From assembly GCA_043822705.1 (NCBI GenBank), contig JBDRBK010000141.1:1-14175 (forward strand): a DNA stretch of 14,175 nucleotides, in the 5' to 3' direction. The position numbers were made by a program, and so were the translations under genes. A model generated the notes under the pieces. The model was not told where the DNA came from. It saw only the letters and a program-made list of their open reading frames with translations, and searched no databases. The stretch is from Fidelibacterota bacterium. Its GTDB lineage: Bacteria; Fidelibacterota; Marinisomatia; Marinisomatales; TCS56. Below are positions 11,199 through 14,175 of this stretch, piece after piece. Within the stretch, counting starts at the first letter, position 1; each line of letters opens with the position of its first letter.

Positions 11199-13739
11199 AT
11201 GTTAGAAAAAATATACAAATTATTCAAACAGAATCTCCCTGGTATCCTGATTACTATTGGCTCAATTCTGCTGGTTTCGTTTCTGCACTGGCTGGGTGTT
11301 TTCGATACCTTCGAGTTAAAATTGTACGATTACCGCTTTAATACCGTTCGTGGTCCCCTGACCGGCTGGACCGCCCGTGATTCCAGTTACATCAAAATGG
11401 GAACCGACGTGGTGCTGGTCGAGGTCGACGATGAAGCCTGGCGGTTGATGCCGGAAGCCTGGCCGTACCCGCGCGGTACGGTCTGGGCCCGGGTAATCAA
11501 TAATCTTTCCCAGGCCGGTGCCAAAGTGATCACCTTCGATATTCAATTCGATGTGCCGGAGACAAAATCAGAATTTTTGTACGATTTTGCCCGGGAAGTA
11601 CAATCAGAAGAATTGATGGCCTTCCTGCCACGCCACGGTGACGAAGTCCTGGCCGAAGCGATCACCGAAGCCCAGGCCTACGGCACTGAAATCGTGATTA
11701 ATGTAAAAATGGTTACTGAGCCCTCCCGGCAACCGTCCCAGTATATTGCCATGCCGGTGGCGGAATTGATGAAAAGTAATCCGGAGACCGGCCTGATTAA
11801 CGATTATCTGGACGAGGATGGTTTTTCAAGGCGCTATTCGATCGCCGGTTATCTGGATCATGAACCGGAGAAGGCTTACCTTACTTTGGGAATGAAGAGC
11901 GTCAAGGCATTTTCCGGTATTTCCGATACATTGGTACCGCAACATAATGTTGAAAACAATACCTGGTCTTATGGCCCCTATGAAATAAAGGTGCTGAAAC
12001 GCAGCAATACATTTCTGGTCAATTATTACGGTCCGGCTTCCGGCTATAAATTGCGCGAAGGTAATTTCCCGAAATGGGGAACCTTTCCCCAATACTCACT
12101 GGCCTATATCATTGATACCGAAGATATCACACTACGCGACCCGATGGAGGATATCGACTGGATGGACCAGTTCCTGCCGGGCAAAATACCAGATTGGATT
12201 TCGGAAATGGAAGATCCCGCCGAGCGGCAGGAAATGCTCGAGGTGATGGGTATCGGTGATGAGTTTGATATTACCAACTCGCCCTTTTACAATAAAATCG
12301 TGCTGATTGGCATCTCCGTGGAGATCATTCACGACGTGAAATCGACACCATTTTATAATTATCTGGGTGTGCCGCAACTGATGCCAGGAGTCGAGACCCA
12401 CGCCAATGCCATCCAGACCATTCTGCATGGTAATTATCTGCAGGTGCTGGGTGACCGTTTGGTGGATGTGATCAGTGTCGGTTTCCCCGCCAGTCATGGT
12501 TGGCTGCTGGCATTGATCTGCACGATCGCGTTTCTATTGCTGGCATTTGTCAATCCGGTTATCGCCGGCGGGCTGGTGCTGATCGAAGCAATGATCTATT
12601 TCGGTATCGCCTGCGGACTTTTTGTCAATGACGGCTGGTGGTTCCTCAAGACCCTGGTGGCAAAAATTCTACCATCTTCATTTGTGGCCAATAATAGTGA
12701 TTGGTTATCATCGCCACTGCCCGGGATAGGTGAAAGCCTGGTCATACCGATCGCCATGCCGATTGCCGGCATCCTGTTGACTTATACCAGCAATGTGATC
12801 TATAAATTCCTGAATGAGCAGAAGGATAAAAAATTCCTGAAAAGCACTTTTGGGACCTACATATCGCCGGAACTGATCGAACAGATGTACGCGAATAAAA
12901 AGGAACCAGCTCTCGGTGGTGAGGTTGGTTACCACACCGCTTTTTTCTCGGATATTCAAAGTTTTTCATCCTTTTCGGAAGTGTTGACACCGGAACGGAT
13001 GGTCGCCCTGATGAATGAGTATCTCACTGAAATGACCACGGTTCTGCTTGACCGTCAGGGAACACTCGATAAATACATCGGTGACTCGATCGTGGCATTC
13101 TATGGGTCGCCCATGCCGGTGGAAAATCATGAGTACCAGGCCTGCATGACCGCCCTCGATATGGGTGTCAAGCTGGTTGAACTGCGGAAAAAATGGAAAT
13201 CGGAAGAGGGGTGGCCGGAGATCGTTCACAATATGCAGCATCGCATCGGATTAGGCTCCGGCGAGATCGTCACCGGTAATATGGGCTCGACCATGCGCAT
13301 GAATTATACCATGATGGGCGACACGGTGAATATCGCCTCGCGGCTGGAATCCTCCGCCAAACAGTACGGGGTCTATATTCAGGTGATGGAAACGACCTAC
13401 AATGCCGTAAAGGATCAGTTCGAGTGGCGGTTTCTGGATTATGTGCGGGTCAAGGGGAAGAAGGTACCGGTCAAGGTCTACGAATTACTGGCCGAAAAAG
13501 GGAAAATGGATGCCAAAAACAGCCAGGCTGTGGCCGCTTTTCACGCTGCCCAGGAGCTGTATTTCAACCAGGATTGGGACAAGGCAATCAAGGCTTTCCG
13601 GGAAGCGGAAGCACTCGAGGATATGTTCCCGGGACGCAACACCAATCCATCGGCGATCTATATCCCGCGCTGCGAGTACTTGAAGCAAAATCCGCCGGCA
13701 AAGGATTGGGACGGCGTCTGGACGCTGACCGCCAAATGA
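11199..13739 (+). CDS. CHASE2-domain membrane adenylate cyclase (class III) with a C-terminal TPR-like tail
   Basis: N-terminal TM. CHASE2 motifs: FELKLYDYRF, VVLVEVDD, WPYPR..WARVI..L..AGAKVITFDIQF, DEDGFSRRY, NKIVLIG, D..STPF, MPGVETHANAI. Three further TMs, then FGTYISP. Cyclase residues: FSDIQSF (D585), DKYIGD (K625, D629), YTMMGDTVNIASRLE (T704, N711, R715), VKGK. The tail ends PPAKDWDGVW. Confidence 0.95.
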   Translation: MLEKIYKLFKQNLPGILITIGSILLVSFLHWLGVFDTFELKLYDYRFNTVRGPLTGWTARDSSYIKMGTDVVLVEVDDEAWRLMPEAWPYPRGTVWARVINNLSQAGAKVITFDIQFDVPETKSEFLYDFAREVQSEELMAFLPRHGDEVLAEAITEAQAYGTEIVINVKMVTEPSRQPSQYIAMPVAELMKSNPETGLINDYLDEDGFSRRYSIAGYLDHEPEKAYLTLGMKSVKAFSGISDTLVPQHNVENNTWSYGPYEIKVLKRSNTFLVNYYGPASGYKLREGNFPKWGTFPQYSLAYIIDTEDITLRDPMEDIDWMDQFLPGKIPDWISEMEDPAERQEMLEVMGIGDEFDITNSPFYNKIVLIGISVEIIHDVKSTPFYNYLGVPQLMPGVETHANAIQTILHGNYLQVLGDRLVDVISVGFPASHGWLLALICTIAFLLLAFVNPVIAGGLVLIEAMIYFGIACGLFVNDGWWFLKTLVAKILPSSFVANNSDWLSSPLPGIGESLVIPIAMPIAGILLTYTSNVIYKFLNEQKDKKFLKSTFGTYISPELIEQMYANKKEPALGGEVGYHTAFFSDIQSFSSFSEVLTPERMVALMNEYLTEMTTVLLDRQGTLDKYIGDSIVAFYGSPMPVENHEYQACMTALDMGVKLVELRKKWKSEEGWPEIVHNMQHRIGLGSGEIVTGNMGSTMRMNYTMMGDTVNIASRLESSAKQYGVYIQVMETTYNAVKDQFEWRFLDYVRVKGKKVPVKVYELLAEKGKMDAKNSQAVAAFHAAQELYFNQDWDKAIKAFREAEALEDMFPGRNTNPSAIYIPRCEYLKQNPPAKDWDGVWTLTAK

Positions 13740-13775
13740 TCCAGTGGCGCATCGGGCATGGTAGTTGCGGTATTT

Positions 13776-13791
13776 TGTGATAATAATCACG
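13776..13791. promoter_or_regulatory. CRP-family binding site candidate upstream of the lipoprotein gene
   Basis: TGTGA-taataa-TCACG (9/10 match) with an AT-rich left flank. It is centred at -41.5 if TATTTT (13813-13818) is the -10. Confidence 0.6.
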
Positions 13792-13828
13792 CTACTGCTC
13801 GTCGGAGATAACTATTTTTGGTAAATTA

Positions 13829-14175
13829 ATGCGAATCGCCATGCCCAAACCGTTTGTCACCTTCATTTCGGTATTGCTCCTGACACTGTCAGGGGGATTG
13901 CTGCTCCAGTCCTGCGGCGACATTTTCGGTGATTTAAATAATCGGTTCGATCCCGATAGTCCCAATTATATTCCGCCCGACACGGAGATTTTCACCGGAC
14001 CGGCCGAAGGTGCCACTATCGATACCGCCGATGTAATCTTTGCCTGGCGCCACAGCAATGAATTGATGTGGCCCGATACGGCCTACGACTATTCCAGCCG
14101 GATTCTGTATTCGTTCCGCTTCGGTTACAGCGCCTGGACCGACTGGATGTCGGGTGAAATGCTGCCGGATTACAA
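13829..14175 (+). CDS. Putative lipoprotein with an Ig/Fn3-like domain; partial, runs off the window end
   Basis: Manual translation from ATG 13829 (or 13841): MRIAMPKPFVTFISVLLLTLSGGLLLQS|CGDIFGDLNNRFDPDSPNYIPPDTEIFTGPAEGATIDTADVIFAWRHSNE...YSFRFGYSAWTDW. The lipobox Cys codon is at 13913. There is no stop before the window end. Confidence 0.85.
   Translation, partial: MRIAMPKPFVTFISVLLLTLSGGLLLQSCGDIFGDLNNRFDPDSPNYIPPDTEIFTGPAEGATIDTADVIFAWRHSNELMWPDTAYDYSSRILYSFRFGYSAWTDWMSGEMLPDY

Noticed and set aside
6692..13790. Antisense and alternate-frame ORFs overlapping the four-gene cluster (e.g. 10339..11076 -, 7726..8307 -, 13424..13780 +)
   Set aside because: They are shadow ORFs of well-supported genes, with no recognisable motifs.

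Overview
This is a bacterial window with every supported feature on the + strand. From left to right it holds: (1) a TPR-containing secreted/membrane protein; (2) a complete rrn operon (promoter, boxA, 16S, tRNA-Ile(GAT), tRNA-Ala(TGC), 23S, 5S, intrinsic terminator); (3) a tightly packed four-gene cluster; and (4) the 5' part of a lipoprotein gene that is missing from the ORF track. The four-gene cluster encodes a secreted beta-rich protein, a signal-peptide-only FecR-domain protein, a large Ig-like/beta-barrel outer-membrane protein and a CHASE2 class III adenylate cyclase. The rRNA and signal-peptide style suggest an FCB-related Gram-negative, possibly Marinimicrobia/SAR406-like; this is a pattern impression, not a classification. 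The most interesting signal is that the cyclase cluster is bracketed by two intergenic CRP-type boxes with the same pattern, TGTGA-N6-TCACGCT (6378 and 13776). The second box lies at the class II position (-41.5) relative to a candidate -10 of the lipoprotein gene. Together these suggest a trans-envelope signalling circuit (OM barrel -> FecR -> CHASE2 cyclase -> cAMP/CRP) with feedback and a linked output gene. The 16S also naturally carries U1192, the classic spectinomycin-resistance allele.
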